IMG/VR virus record: IMGVR_UViG_2706795462_000001
Strand: one strand, 5' to 3'
Source: a virus
Taxonomy: Duplodnaviria > Heunggongvirae > Uroviricota > Caudoviricetes > Herelleviridae
Length of the DNA: 64,000 bases
Positions 1 through 11,234 of this stretch are shown here, piece after piece. Position numbers and translations under genes: made by a program. The notes below the pieces were generated by a model, which saw only the letters and a list, made by a program, of their open reading frames with translations, was not told where the DNA came from and made no database searches. Position 1 is the first letter of the stretch. Each line of letters begins with the position of its first letter.

Positions 1-67
1 CACAAGGAATTATTAGAGCAGGAGAAATAAAAGTAGAATTAAAGTAAAGAGAGGTGAAACTTAAGTC

Positions 68-3000
68 GTGGCTAATTTTTTAAAGAATCTTCATCCATTA
101 TTAAGAAGAGATAGAAATAAAAAAGATAATCAAGACCCTAACTTTGCTCTGATAGATGCACTCAATGAAGAGATGAATCAAGTAGAGAAAGATGCTATAG
201 AAAGCAAGTTACAATCTTCTCTAAAGACAGCAACGAGTGAATATTTAGACAAATTTGGAGATTGGTTTGGGGTTTATAGAAAGACCGATGAAAAAGATGA
301 TGTTTATAGAGCAAGAATTATAAAATACTTACTCTTGAAAAGAGGAACTAACAATGCTATAATAGATGCTATAAGAGATTATTTAGGTAAGGATGATATT
401 GATGTAAGCGTGTATGAACCCTTTACCAATATTTTCTATACTAACAAATCATACTTAAATGGTGAAGACCATTTAATGGGATACTATTATAGATTTGCTG
501 TTATAAATGTTTCTATAGGTGACTATTTCCCTATAGAGATTATAGATGTAATTAACGAATTTAAACCTGCAGGTGTAACATTATATGTTACTTATGATGG
601 AGCTTCTACTATCAGAGGTGGAGCAATTATTAAGTGGTTAGATGGACTACCTAAAATTGAAACATATCAAGAGTTTGATAGGTTTACAGGTTATGATGAT
701 ACATTTTATGGTCATATTAATATGAATCAAAGTAAAGATACTGATAATAGTTCATCAGACATTTTTAAAACAAATCATAGTTTAATTAATAGTTTAGATG
801 TTTTAACAGGTTCCTCTAGTGTAGGTAGACAATATGTTAACTATGGATATGTAACATCATATGTTTATAATCCAGGTATGACATCTTCTGTAAACCAAAT
901 AAGTGCTAGTACAGAAGGTAGAGGTCAGGAAGTACCTACTGATTATTATATGTATACTAGTACCAAGAATAATAATACAGTAGAACTTAATATGCAAACT
1001 ACTTCCGGTGTATCTTATCTCTATAATAACTTTAATTTTAGAGATTATATGAGTAAGTATAGACCTCAAGTAGATTTACAATCTGATGAGGCTAGAAGAA
1101 TTGTATCTGATTATATAAAAGAATTAAGTATTGATTATTATCTCAGTGCTGTTATACCTCCTGACGAAAGTATAGAAATTAAATTACAAGTTTATGACTT
1201 TTCTATTAATAGATGGCTTACAGTATCAATTAGTAACTTATCTTTCTATGAAAAAAATATTGGTAGCAATATAGGTTATATAAAAGATTATTTAAATAGT
1301 GAATTAAATATGTTTACTAGATTAGAGATAAATGCAGGTAAAAGAGACTCAGTAGATATTAAAGTTAACTATCTAGATTTAATGTTTTATTACTATGAAC
1401 GAGGAATTTACACAATAAAACCTTATAAAGCATTAGTAGAAAATTACTTAGATATATCTAGAGAGACTTATGTAGAGGCGTTTAAAATAGCATCATTATT
1501 GAATGGAGACATTATAACTAAAACAGGTTTCCAACCTATAGGATACTTAAAATTAGTTGGTAGTTATGAGAATACAAGACCTAGCGCAGTAAACATAGTA
1601 GCTAAAGATACAGATAATAATCCTATAGAATCTACTGAGTTAGATGTGTATAGTACAATAGAAAACAGGAATCTATTACAGTCTTATAAAGGTGTAAATA
1701 ATATAGCTAGAGAAATAACATCTACGGAAGAGTTTACCGTATCAGGATGGGCTAAAGAGATATATTCAACTAATTATTTGTCTAAAGTACTAAAACCAGG
1801 TAAAGTATACACTTTATCTTTCGATATGGAAATAACAAATAATGACCTGACTCTTAAATCTTATTCTGATAATCATGGTATATATTTATACAGTAATACC
1901 AAAGGAATTGTTGTTAATGGTGTTAAATCTATGGAGCGCACCGTAGGTAACAAAGTATCTATAACTCAGACTTTTACAGCACCTACTATTACCGACCACA
2001 GGTTATTAATTTATACTGGAAGATATACATCTGATGGGAAAGCATCAACCCCTCCAGTGTTCTTTAATACAGTTAAAATTACTGAACTAAAATTATCTGA
2101 AGGTGACTCTAAATTAGCTTACTCACCTGCCCCTGAAGATAAACCTAATGTAATAGAAAAAGGAATTCAATTTAATAATATCAAAACTAATATACAGACT
2201 TTAAATATCAATTCAGATATTAATCTAAAGAATGTAACTTTATACTATTCTTACTATGGTGATAGTTGGGTAGAATTAAAAACTATAGGTAATATTAGTA
2301 CAGGAGAAACAACAGAAACTAATAATTTAATAGATTTATATGGATTACAGACAGTAGATTACTCTAACATAAATCCAATGTCAAAAGTATCATTACGTTC
2401 TATTTGGAATGTTAAATTAGGTGAACTTAATAATCAAGAAGGTTCTTTATCTAATATGCCTAATGATTATTTTAATGCTGTATGGCAAGACATAGATAAA
2501 CTATCAGATATTGATTTAGGTTCTATGAGAATGGTCAAAGACACTGAAGGTGGAGTATTTGATGGAGCTACAGGTGAAATTATTAAGGCTACTTTATTTA
2601 ACGTTGGTGTTTATACTGATTTAGATATGTTAGCTTATACTTTGACTAATTACACTGAACCATTAACTTTAGGTTCTAGTAGATTGATAAGTGAGCTAAA
2701 AGAAGAATTACTAACATCAGAATCATTTAATGTTGATAATAGAATTAAAGTAATTGACTCAATCTCTGAGCAATTACCTAATAATAATATATTGAGTAAC
2801 TCTTATCAAACACAAACGATTACACAGAATGGATTTGCTAAATATAATTTGAAAGAACCTATAGAACAAAGAAAACAATACAACCTAAGAATACATGGAG
2901 ATTTTAAAGAAGGACTAGAAAGATTAGCTATAGGTAATTCTAATGGGTCATTTAATGAAGTATTTGTTTATCCTGAAAATATTAAAGATGGTATAGTAGA

Positions 3001-3133
3001 TATTACTTATACTTCTAGAGATGATAATTATGCAGAAGGAAAACAAAGACTTAATAATGATTATAGAGTTTATGCTCAACCATATGATAGTGGTGTAGTT
3101 ACAATTTACAGTCTAGAGTTAATAAAAGTTTAA
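68..3133 (+). CDS. Large baseplate wedge/virion structural protein (1021 aa) with a carbohydrate-binding-like C-terminal module
   Basis: GTG start after AGAGGTG. N-terminal YLDKFGDWFGVYR..E.DD.YRARI resembles baseplate wedge/tail-I-type domains; CBM-like segment ends in AYSPAPED. Size and position match the Kayvirus baseplate module. Confidence 0.8.
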   Translation: MANFLKNLHPLLRRDRNKKDNQDPNFALIDALNEEMNQVEKDAIESKLQSSLKTATSEYLDKFGDWFGVYRKTDEKDDVYRARIIKYLLLKRGTNNAIIDAIRDYLGKDDIDVSVYEPFTNIFYTNKSYLNGEDHLMGYYYRFAVINVSIGDYFPIEIIDVINEFKPAGVTLYVTYDGASTIRGGAIIKWLDGLPKIETYQEFDRFTGYDDTFYGHINMNQSKDTDNSSSDIFKTNHSLINSLDVLTGSSSVGRQYVNYGYVTSYVYNPGMTSSVNQISASTEGRGQEVPTDYYMYTSTKNNNTVELNMQTTSGVSYLYNNFNFRDYMSKYRPQVDLQSDEARRIVSDYIKELSIDYYLSAVIPPDESIEIKLQVYDFSINRWLTVSISNLSFYEKNIGSNIGYIKDYLNSELNMFTRLEINAGKRDSVDIKVNYLDLMFYYYERGIYTIKPYKALVENYLDISRETYVEAFKIASLLNGDIITKTGFQPIGYLKLVGSYENTRPSAVNIVAKDTDNNPIESTELDVYSTIENRNLLQSYKGVNNIAREITSTEEFTVSGWAKEIYSTNYLSKVLKPGKVYTLSFDMEITNNDLTLKSYSDNHGIYLYSNTKGIVVNGVKSMERTVGNKVSITQTFTAPTITDHRLLIYTGRYTSDGKASTPPVFFNTVKITELKLSEGDSKLAYSPAPEDKPNVIEKGIQFNNIKTNIQTLNINSDINLKNVTLYYSYYGDSWVELKTIGNISTGETTETNNLIDLYGLQTVDYSNINPMSKVSLRSIWNVKLGELNNQEGSLSNMPNDYFNAVWQDIDKLSDIDLGSMRMVKDTEGGVFDGATGEIIKATLFNVGVYTDLDMLAYTLTNYTEPLTLGSSRLISELKEELLTSESFNVDNRIKVIDSISEQLPNNNILSNSYQTQTITQNGFAKYNLKEPIEQRKQYNLRIHGDFKEGLERLAIGNSNGSFNEVFVYPENIKDGIVDITYTSRDDNYAEGKQRLNNDYRVYAQPYDSGVVTIYSLELIKV

Positions 3134-3141
3134 TAAATAAG

Positions 3142-3170
3142 TTGACAGAAAGTTAATAATATGGTATACT
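3142..3170 (+). promoter_or_regulatory. sigmaA-type promoter
   Basis: TTGACA-N17-TATACT with TGG before the -10. Confidence 0.75.
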
Positions 3171-3198
3171 TATAAAGTAATATTTAGTGGGTATACCA

Positions 3199-3208
3199 TG
3201 TTATATTA
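3199..3208 (+). promoter_or_regulatory. Putative phage late-promoter motif TGTTATATTA
   Basis: The identical 10-mer occurs at 36167-36176, also upstream of virion genes. Confidence 0.55.
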
Positions 3209-3228
3209 ATAAAGAAAACAACAGATGA

Positions 3229-3765
<537 letters not shown>

Positions 3766-3785
3766 AGAAAGGGAGATAATTCTAA

Positions 3786-6700
3786 ATGGCAATTAATTTT
3801 AAAGGTTCACCTTATTTAGATAGATTTGACCCGTCTAAAGATAGAACAAAAGTATTATTTAATCCTGATAGACCTCTACAACAGGCAGAATTAAATGAAA
3901 TGCAGTCTATAGACCAATATTATTTAAAAAATCTAGGAGACGCTATTTTTAAAGACGGAGATAAGCAATCAGGACTTGGATTCACATTGTCTGAAGATAA
4001 TGTATTGACAGTAAACCCTGGTTATGTATATATCAACGGTAAAATAAGATATTACGATAATGATGATTCAGTTAAAATAACTGGTGTAGGTAAAGAAACT
4101 ATCGGTATTAAGTTAACAGAACGTATTGTTACACCTGATGAAGATGCTAGCCTATTAGACCAAACTAGTGGGGTACCAAGTTACTTCTCCAAAGGTGCAG
4201 ATAGATTAGAAGAAAAGATGTCATTAACAGTTAATGACCCTACTTCAGCAACTATTTATACTTTCATGGATGGAGATTTATATATCCAATCAACTAATGC
4301 TGAAATGGATAAAATCAATAAAGTATTAGCTGAACGTACTTACGATGAGTCAGGTTCATATAAAGTAAATGGTTTTGAGTTATTCTCAGAAGGTAACGCT
4401 GAGGATGATGACCACGTTTCTGTAGTTGTAGATGCAGGTAAAGCATACGTAAAAGGTTTTAAAGTAGATAAACCAGTATCAACAAGAATTAGTGTACCTA
4501 AATCTTATGACCTAGGAACAGCAGAAAACGAAAGTACTATATTTAATAAGTCTAATAATTCTATTAGTTTAGCTAATAGCCCTGTAAAAGAAATTAGACG
4601 TGTTACAGGTCAAGTACTTATTGAAAAAGAACGAGTTACAAGAGGAGCTCAAGGTGATGGTCAAGACTTTCTTTCAAATAACACAGCATTTGAAATTGTA
4701 AAAGTTTGGACTGAAACAAGTCCTGGAGTTACTACAAAAGAGTATAAACAAGGAGAAGACTTCAGATTAACAGATGGTCAAACTATTGACTGGTCACCTC
4801 AAGGTCAAGAACCTTCAGGCGGTACCTCATACTATGTTTCTTATAAATATAATAAACGTATGGAAGCCGGTAAAGATTATGAAGTAACAACACAGGGTGA
4901 AGGGTTAAGTAAGAAATGGTACATTAACTTTACACCTTCAAATGGAGCTAAACCTATTGACCAAACAGTAGTATTAGTAGACTATACTTACTACCTGGCT
5001 CGTAAAGATTCAGTGTTTATTAATAAGTATGGTGATATTGCAATACTACCTGGTGAACCTAATATTATGAGATTAGTGACACCACCGTTAAATACAGACC
5101 CTGAGAATTTACAATTAGGTACGGTTACAGTATTACCTGATTCAGATGAAGCAGTATGTATTTCGTTTGCAATCACTAGATTGTCTATGGAAGACTTACA
5201 GAAAGTTAAAACAAGAGTAGATAACTTAGAGTATAACCAAGCAGTAAATGCTCTAGATGATGGTGCTATGGAAGGACAGAACCCTTTAACGCTACGTTCA
5301 GTATTTAGTGAAGGTTTCATTAGTCTTGACAAAGCAGATATTACACATCCTGACTTCGGAATTGTATTTAGTTTTGAAGACGCAGAAGCTACTCTAGCGT
5401 ATACAGAAGCAGTTAACCAACCTAAGATTATTACTGGAGATACAACAGCTCATATTTGGGGTAGATTAATTTCAGCACCATTTACTGAGGAACGTACAAT
5501 CTATCAAGGTCAAGCATCAGAAACATTAAATGTTAACCCTTATAATATCCCTAATAAACAAGGTGTACTTAAGTTAACACCTAGTGAGGATAACTGGATT
5601 GATACTGAAAATGTTACAATAACTGAACAAAAAACTAAGAAAGTAACTATGAAACGATTTTGGAGACACAACGAAAGTTACTATGGTGAGACTGAACATT
5701 ACTTGTATTCTAATTTACAATTAGATGCAGGACAAAAGTGGAAAGGTGAAACTTACGCTTACGATAGAGAGCATGGACGTACTGGTACTTTATTAGAATC
5801 AGGAGGACAGCGTACTCTAGAAGAAATGATTGAATTCATTAGAATTAGAGATGTATCCTTCGAGGTTAAAGGTCTAAACCCTAATGATAATAACTTATAT
5901 TTATTATTTGATGGTGTAAGATGCCCTATTACCCCTGCAACTGGTTACAGAAAAGGTTCTGAAGATGGAACTATTATGACAGATGCAAAAGGAACAGCTA
6001 AAGGTAAATTTACTATTCCTGCAGGTATTCGTTGTGGTAACCGAGAAGTTACACTCAAGAATGCTAACTCTACAAGTGCTACAACTTACACAGCTCAAGG
6101 ACGTAAAAAAATCGTTCAAGATATTATTATTAGAACTCGTGTAACAGTAAACTTAGTAGACCCATTAGCACAATCATTCCAGTATGATGAGAACAGAACT
6201 ATATCATCACTAGGGTTATACTTTGCTTCTAAAGGTGATAAACAATCTAACGTTGTTATCCAAATTAGAGGTATGGGTGACCAAGGTTATCCTAATAAAA
6301 CAATCTATGCAGAGACAGTTATGAATGCAGATGACATTAAAGTATCTAATAATGCTAGTGCTGAAACTAGAGTATACTTTGATGACCCTATGATGGCTGA
6401 AGGCGGTAAAGAATACGCTATTGTTATTATTACTGAGAACAGTGATTATACAATGTGGGTAGGTACTAGAACTAAGCCTAAGATTGATAAACCTAATGAG
6501 GTTATCTCAGGTAACCCATATCTTCAAGGTGTGTTATTCAGTTCATCAAACGCATCAACATGGACTCCTCATCAAAACTCTGACCTTAAATTTGGTATCT
6601 ATACTTCTAAATTTAATGAAACAGCAACAATTGAATTCGAACCAATTAAAGATGTATCTGCAGATAGAATCGTTCTTATGTCTACGTACTTAACTCCTGA

Positions 6701-7244
6701 GAGAACAGGATGTACATGGGAAATGAAATTAATTCTAGATGATATGGCATCTTCTACAACATTCGACCAGTTGAAATGGGAGCCTATCGGTAACTATCAA
6801 GACTTAGATGTTTTAGGTCTAGCAAGACAAGTTAAACTAAGAGCAACTTTTGAATCAAATAGATATATCTCACCATTAATGAGTTCTAGTGATTTAACAT
6901 TCACTACATTCTTAACAGAATTAACAGGTTCATATGTTGGTAGAGCTATTGATATGACAGAGGCTCCTTACAATACAATAAGATTTAGTTATGAAGCTTT
7001 CTTACCTAAAGGTACTAAAGTTGTTCCTAAGTATTCTGCAGACGATGGAAAAACTTGGAAAACATTTACTAAATCCCCTACAACTACTAGAGCCAATAAT
7101 GAGTTTACACGCTATGTCATTGACGAGAAAGTAAAATCATCAGGAACAAATACTAAACTACAAGTTAGATTAGATTTATCAACTGAAAATAGCTTTTTAC
7201 GTCCTCGTGTTCGTAGACTTATGGTTACTACTAGGGATGAATAA
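3786..7244 (+). CDS. Adsorption-associated baseplate/tail protein, DUF4815-like (1152 aa)
   Basis: N-terminal PYLDRFDP...VLFNPDRPLQQAELNEMQS motif; 1152 aa as in Kayviruses. Confidence 0.85.
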   Translation: MAINFKGSPYLDRFDPSKDRTKVLFNPDRPLQQAELNEMQSIDQYYLKNLGDAIFKDGDKQSGLGFTLSEDNVLTVNPGYVYINGKIRYYDNDDSVKITGVGKETIGIKLTERIVTPDEDASLLDQTSGVPSYFSKGADRLEEKMSLTVNDPTSATIYTFMDGDLYIQSTNAEMDKINKVLAERTYDESGSYKVNGFELFSEGNAEDDDHVSVVVDAGKAYVKGFKVDKPVSTRISVPKSYDLGTAENESTIFNKSNNSISLANSPVKEIRRVTGQVLIEKERVTRGAQGDGQDFLSNNTAFEIVKVWTETSPGVTTKEYKQGEDFRLTDGQTIDWSPQGQEPSGGTSYYVSYKYNKRMEAGKDYEVTTQGEGLSKKWYINFTPSNGAKPIDQTVVLVDYTYYLARKDSVFINKYGDIAILPGEPNIMRLVTPPLNTDPENLQLGTVTVLPDSDEAVCISFAITRLSMEDLQKVKTRVDNLEYNQAVNALDDGAMEGQNPLTLRSVFSEGFISLDKADITHPDFGIVFSFEDAEATLAYTEAVNQPKIITGDTTAHIWGRLISAPFTEERTIYQGQASETLNVNPYNIPNKQGVLKLTPSEDNWIDTENVTITEQKTKKVTMKRFWRHNESYYGETEHYLYSNLQLDAGQKWKGETYAYDREHGRTGTLLESGGQRTLEEMIEFIRIRDVSFEVKGLNPNDNNLYLLFDGVRCPITPATGYRKGSEDGTIMTDAKGTAKGKFTIPAGIRCGNREVTLKNANSTSATTYTAQGRKKIVQDIIIRTRVTVNLVDPLAQSFQYDENRTISSLGLYFASKGDKQSNVVIQIRGMGDQGYPNKTIYAETVMNADDIKVSNNASAETRVYFDDPMMAEGGKEYAIVIITENSDYTMWVGTRTKPKIDKPNEVISGNPYLQGVLFSSSNASTWTPHQNSDLKFGIYTSKFNETATIEFEPIKDVSADRIVLMSTYLTPERTGCTWEMKLILDDMASSTTFDQLKWEPIGNYQDLDVLGLARQVKLRATFESNRYISPLMSSSDLTFTTFLTELTGSYVGRAIDMTEAPYNTIRFSYEAFLPKGTKVVPKYSADDGKTWKTFTKSPTTTRANNEFTRYVIDEKVKSSGTNTKLQVRLDLSTENSFLRPRVRRLMVTTRDE

Positions 7245-7247
7245 ACT

Positions 7248-7275
7248 AGAGGGGTTGATTGACCCCTCTTTATTT
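7248..7275 (+). terminator. Intrinsic terminator
   Basis: AGAGGGGT-tgattg-ACCCCTCT followed by TTATTT. Confidence 0.75.
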
Positions 7276-7292
7276 AATAAGGAGAGATTTAT

Positions 7293-7451
7293 ATGCCTAG
7301 AGAAGTTAGAGACCCTTATTCTCAAGCTAAGCTATTTATACCTACAGTTGAAGAAAAATCAATTAAGGAATTAGAAAGAACATATAAGGAAAAAATTAAT
7401 GAAGTTGATAGACTTCTTAATGAATTAAAGAAAGAGAGAGGAGAAAAATAG
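7293..7451 (+). CDS. Small 52-aa protein (MPREVRDPYSQAKLFIPTVEEK...), tail/baseplate module; absent from the ORF track
   Basis: RBS AAGGAG; ATG 7293 to TAG 7451, abutting the next ATG. Confidence 0.8.
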   Translation: MPREVRDPYSQAKLFIPTVEEKSIKELERTYKEKINEVDRLLNELKKERGEK

Positions 7452-9374
7452 ATGGCATTTAATTACACGCCTCTTACTGAAACACAAAAGTTAAAAGATA
7501 TGTACCCGAAGGTAAATGATATTGGTAACTTTTTAAAAACAGAGGTTAACCTTAGTGATGTAAAACAGATATCACAGCCTGATTTTAATAATATTTTATC
7601 ATCTATACCTGATAGCGGTAACTATTATGTAACTAATTCAAGAAATGCTCCTGCAGGAGAAGCAACAGCAGGATTTGTAAGATTAGATAAAAGAAATGTA
7701 AATTATTACAAAATATATTATTCACCTTATAGCAGTAATAAAATGTATATTAAGACTTATGCTAATGGAACAGTATATGATTGGATTAGTTTTAAATTAG
7801 ATGAAGGTAGTTTATATAATGAGGGTAATACTATTAACGTCAAAGAACTTACTGAATCTACAACACAATATGCAACACTAGTTAATCCTCCTAAAGAGAA
7901 CTTAAACACTGGATGGGTTAATTATAAAGAAAGTAAGAATGGTGTTTCTTCTTTAGTAGAATTTAATCCAGTTAACTCTACTTCAACTTTTAAAATGATA
8001 AGAAAACTACCAGTACAAGAGCAAAAACCTAACTTACTTAGAGATAGTTTATTTGTTTATCCTGAAACAAGCTCTTCTAACATTAAAACGGATAATTGGG
8101 CTACACCTCCATTTTGGGGATATACAGCTAATAGTGGTCGTTCAGGAGTTAGATTTAGAGGAGAAAACACTATACAGATTGATGATGGTAATAGCACATA
8201 CCCTACAGCAATGACTAATAGATTTAAAATGGGTAATGAGCTTTCTGTAGGGGATACTATAACTGTATCAGTATATGCTAAAATTAATGACCCTGCTTTA
8301 CTTAAAGATAACTTAGTTTATTTTGAACTGGCAGGATATGATACTGTAGATAGAACAGATAATCCTTATACAGGTGGTCGAAGAGAAATAACAGCAAGTG
8401 AAATAACTACTGAGTGGAAAAAGTATTCATTTACATTTACAATACCTGAAAATACGATTGGTGCGTCAGGTGTTAAAGTTAATTATGTGTCACTACTTTT
8501 ACGAATGAATTGTTCTTCTAGTAAAGGAAATGGTGCAGTAGTATATTATGCTTTACCTAAATTAGAGAAATCATCTAAAGTAACTCCGTTTATTACACAT
8601 GTAAACGATGTTCGTAAATATGATGAGATTTGGTCTAATTGGCAGGAAGTTATTAGTAAAGATGAATTAAAGGGTCATTCCCCTGTAGACATTGAGTATA
8701 ATGATTACTTCAAGTACCAATGGTGGAAGTCAGAAGTTAATGAGAAAAACTTAAAAGATTTAGCTATGACTGTACCTCAAGGCTATCATACTTTCTATTG
8801 TCAAGGTTCTATTGAAGGGACACCTAAAGGACGCTCTATTAGAGGAACTATACAAGTGGATTATGATAAAGGTGACCCTTATAGAGCTAATAAGTTTGTT
8901 AAGTTATTATTTACAGATACAGAAGGTATACCATATACATTATATTATGGTGGTTACAACCAAGGTTGGAAGCCTTTAAAACAGCAAAGAACATCTACAA
9001 TACTTTGGGAAGGCACTTTGGATTACGGTTCAAAAGATACTATTCCTTTAAATGATTCATGGACTAACTATGACTTATTAGAAGTTGTATATCTGACTCA
9101 ATCAGCGGGACATTATAAAACAATGTTTTTAGATTTAAGAATACCTACGACTCCGTATTTATATATAAGAGATTTTAATTTATCTAACAACTCTACAGGT
9201 TCAGGAGTAGACTTCTTTGAAGGATATTTAACTTTCCCTACAAATACTTCAGCAACACCAACTATGGTTAAAAAGGTTACTTTAAATGGGTCTACTAATA
9301 CAACATCTGTAACAGATTTTAATGCACAAGGAATAATAACTATATATAGAATAGCAGGAATTAACACACTTTAG
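7452..9374 (+). CDS. Receptor-binding protein with carbohydrate-binding domain (640 aa)
   Basis: Central CBM-like region (TITVSVYAK...WKKYSFTFTIP...PKLEK); C-terminal domain shared with 9769-11145; matches Kayvirus WTA-binding RBP size and position. Confidence 0.8.
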   Translation: MAFNYTPLTETQKLKDMYPKVNDIGNFLKTEVNLSDVKQISQPDFNNILSSIPDSGNYYVTNSRNAPAGEATAGFVRLDKRNVNYYKIYYSPYSSNKMYIKTYANGTVYDWISFKLDEGSLYNEGNTINVKELTESTTQYATLVNPPKENLNTGWVNYKESKNGVSSLVEFNPVNSTSTFKMIRKLPVQEQKPNLLRDSLFVYPETSSSNIKTDNWATPPFWGYTANSGRSGVRFRGENTIQIDDGNSTYPTAMTNRFKMGNELSVGDTITVSVYAKINDPALLKDNLVYFELAGYDTVDRTDNPYTGGRREITASEITTEWKKYSFTFTIPENTIGASGVKVNYVSLLLRMNCSSSKGNGAVVYYALPKLEKSSKVTPFITHVNDVRKYDEIWSNWQEVISKDELKGHSPVDIEYNDYFKYQWWKSEVNEKNLKDLAMTVPQGYHTFYCQGSIEGTPKGRSIRGTIQVDYDKGDPYRANKFVKLLFTDTEGIPYTLYYGGYNQGWKPLKQQRTSTILWEGTLDYGSKDTIPLNDSWTNYDLLEVVYLTQSAGHYKTMFLDLRIPTTPYLYIRDFNLSNNSTGSGVDFFEGYLTFPTNTSATPTMVKKVTLNGSTNTTSVTDFNAQGIITIYRIAGINTL

Positions 9375-9387
9375 GAGGTTAGATAAA

Positions 9388-9762
9388 ATGGCTAGACAAT
9401 TTGATATTGGTAGAGACGAAATAGTATTACACCTTAGAGATGGTAAATATATTACAGGATTTACAACGGCAGGAGCTTATGATGAAGACTTTGGTCAGGT
9501 TAAGGTTAATAGAGAAATTTTACCTGCTTACTTCTTTGATAACTTTGCTCTTGATAGATACCTATACTATAAAAAACCGGAAGAGGTTATAGAGAATAAA
9601 AACTATGTACCTCCTCAAATTAATAATAGTGATGAGGAATCTCAACAAAATACTGTACCTAAAGAACAATATGATAGTTTAAAAGAAGAGCTAGAACTTA
9701 TGAGACAGCAACAAGAAGCTATGATGAAAATGCTTCAACAACTCTTAGGTCAAAAGGGGTAA
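9388..9762 (+). CDS. 124-aa protein, probable RBP assembly chaperone (DUF2977-like)
   Basis: Lies between two RBPs; C-terminal coiled coil; strong RBS AGGAGG. Confidence 0.65.
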   Translation: MARQFDIGRDEIVLHLRDGKYITGFTTAGAYDEDFGQVKVNREILPAYFFDNFALDRYLYYKKPEEVIENKNYVPPQINNSDEESQQNTVPKEQYDSLKEELELMRQQQEAMMKMLQQLLGQKG

Positions 9763-9768
9763 TAATAA

Positions 9769-11145
9769 ATGGCATTAAATTTTACTACAATAACGGAAAA
9801 CAATGTTATTAGAGACCTGACTATTCAGGTCAATAACATTGGAGAAGAATTAACAAAAGAAAGAAATATATTTGACATTACGGATGATTTAGTTTATAAT
9901 TTTAATAAATCACAAAAAGTTAAATTAACAGATGATAAGGGTTTATCTAAATCTTATGGGAATATAACTGTAATTAGGGATATAAAAGAACCAGGTTATT
10001 ATTATATAAATGCAAGAACATTAGCTACATTATTAGATAAACCTGATATGGAATCAATAGATGTTTTACTTCATGTACTACCTTTAGATTCATCTACTAG
10101 AGTAGTACAGCATATATATACATTGTCTACTAATAACAATCAAATTAAGACATTATATAGGTTTGTTTCGGGAAACTCTAGTTCAGAATGGCAGTTTATA
10201 ACTGGATTACCTAGTAATAAAAATGCTGTTATTTCAGGAACTAATATCCTGGATATATCTTCACCAGGTATTTACTTTGTTATGGGAATGACAGGAGGAA
10301 TGCCAAAAGGTGTAAGTTCGGGATTTTTAGATTTGAATATAGATGCTAATGATAATAGATTAGCTAAGTTAACTGATTCTGAAACAGGTAAAGAATACAC
10401 TAGTATTAAAAAACCTACAGGTGTATACACAGAGTGGAAAAAAGAATTAGAACCTCAAGATATGCAAAAATATTTATTAAGTAGTATCAGGGATGATGGT
10501 AGTGCATCTTTCCCATTACTTGTGTACACTAGTGATAATAAGACTTTTCAACAGGCTGTTATAGACCATATAGATAGAACAGGGCAAACAACCTTTACCT
10601 TTTATGTTCAAGGTGGTGTGACAGGTTCTCCTATGTCTAATAGCTGTAGAGGATTATTCATGTCAGATACACCTAATACATCTAGTTTACATGGTGTTTA
10701 TAATGCAGTAGGTACTGATGGTAGAAATGTAACAGGCTCAGTAGTAGGTAGTAGTTGGACTTTTCCTAAAACATCACCGTCACATAAAGAATTATGGACG
10801 GGAGCACAATCATTCTTATCCACAGGTACTACTAAGAATTTAGCAGATGATATTAGTAATTATTCTTATGTAGAAGTTTATACTAAACATAAGACATCAG
10901 AGAAAACTAAAGGTAATGATGATACAGGTACAATTTGTCATAAATTTTATCTAGACGGTAGTGGTACCTACGTTTGCTCAGGTACATTTGTATCAGGAGA
11001 TAGAACCGATACAAAACCACCAATTACAGAATTTTATAGAGTAGGTGTATCCTTTAAAGGTTCAACATGGACTCTTGTAGATAGCGCAGTGCAAAATAGT
11101 AAAACTCAATATGTTACAAGAATTATAGGTATTAATATGCCATAG
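9769..11145 (+). CDS. Receptor-binding protein (458 aa)
   Basis: C-terminal LWTG...NLADDISNYSYVEV...RIIGIN domain; last gene of the tail module; Kayvirus size. Confidence 0.8.
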   Translation: MALNFTTITENNVIRDLTIQVNNIGEELTKERNIFDITDDLVYNFNKSQKVKLTDDKGLSKSYGNITVIRDIKEPGYYYINARTLATLLDKPDMESIDVLLHVLPLDSSTRVVQHIYTLSTNNNQIKTLYRFVSGNSSSEWQFITGLPSNKNAVISGTNILDISSPGIYFVMGMTGGMPKGVSSGFLDLNIDANDNRLAKLTDSETGKEYTSIKKPTGVYTEWKKELEPQDMQKYLLSSIRDDGSASFPLLVYTSDNKTFQQAVIDHIDRTGQTTFTFYVQGGVTGSPMSNSCRGLFMSDTPNTSSLHGVYNAVGTDGRNVTGSVVGSSWTFPKTSPSHKELWTGAQSFLSTGTTKNLADDISNYSYVEVYTKHKTSEKTKGNDDTGTICHKFYLDGSGTYVCSGTFVSGDRTDTKPPITEFYRVGVSFKGSTWTLVDSAVQNSKTQYVTRIIGINMP

Positions 11146-11173
11146 ACTAGGAAACTTATCCTAGTCTTTTTTT
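11145..11173 (+). terminator. Intrinsic terminator ending the structural module
   Basis: GACTAGGA-aactta-TCCTAGTC followed by T7. Confidence 0.85.
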
Positions 11174-11174
11174 C

Positions 11175-11203
11175 TTGACTTGAGAAGGATTATGTGATAT
11201 ACT
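11175..11203 (+). promoter_or_regulatory. sigmaA-type promoter for the replication module
   Basis: TTGACT-N17-TATACT. Confidence 0.8.
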
Positions 11204-11234
11204 ATAACTCGTGTAAGGATATAAGGAGATTAAA

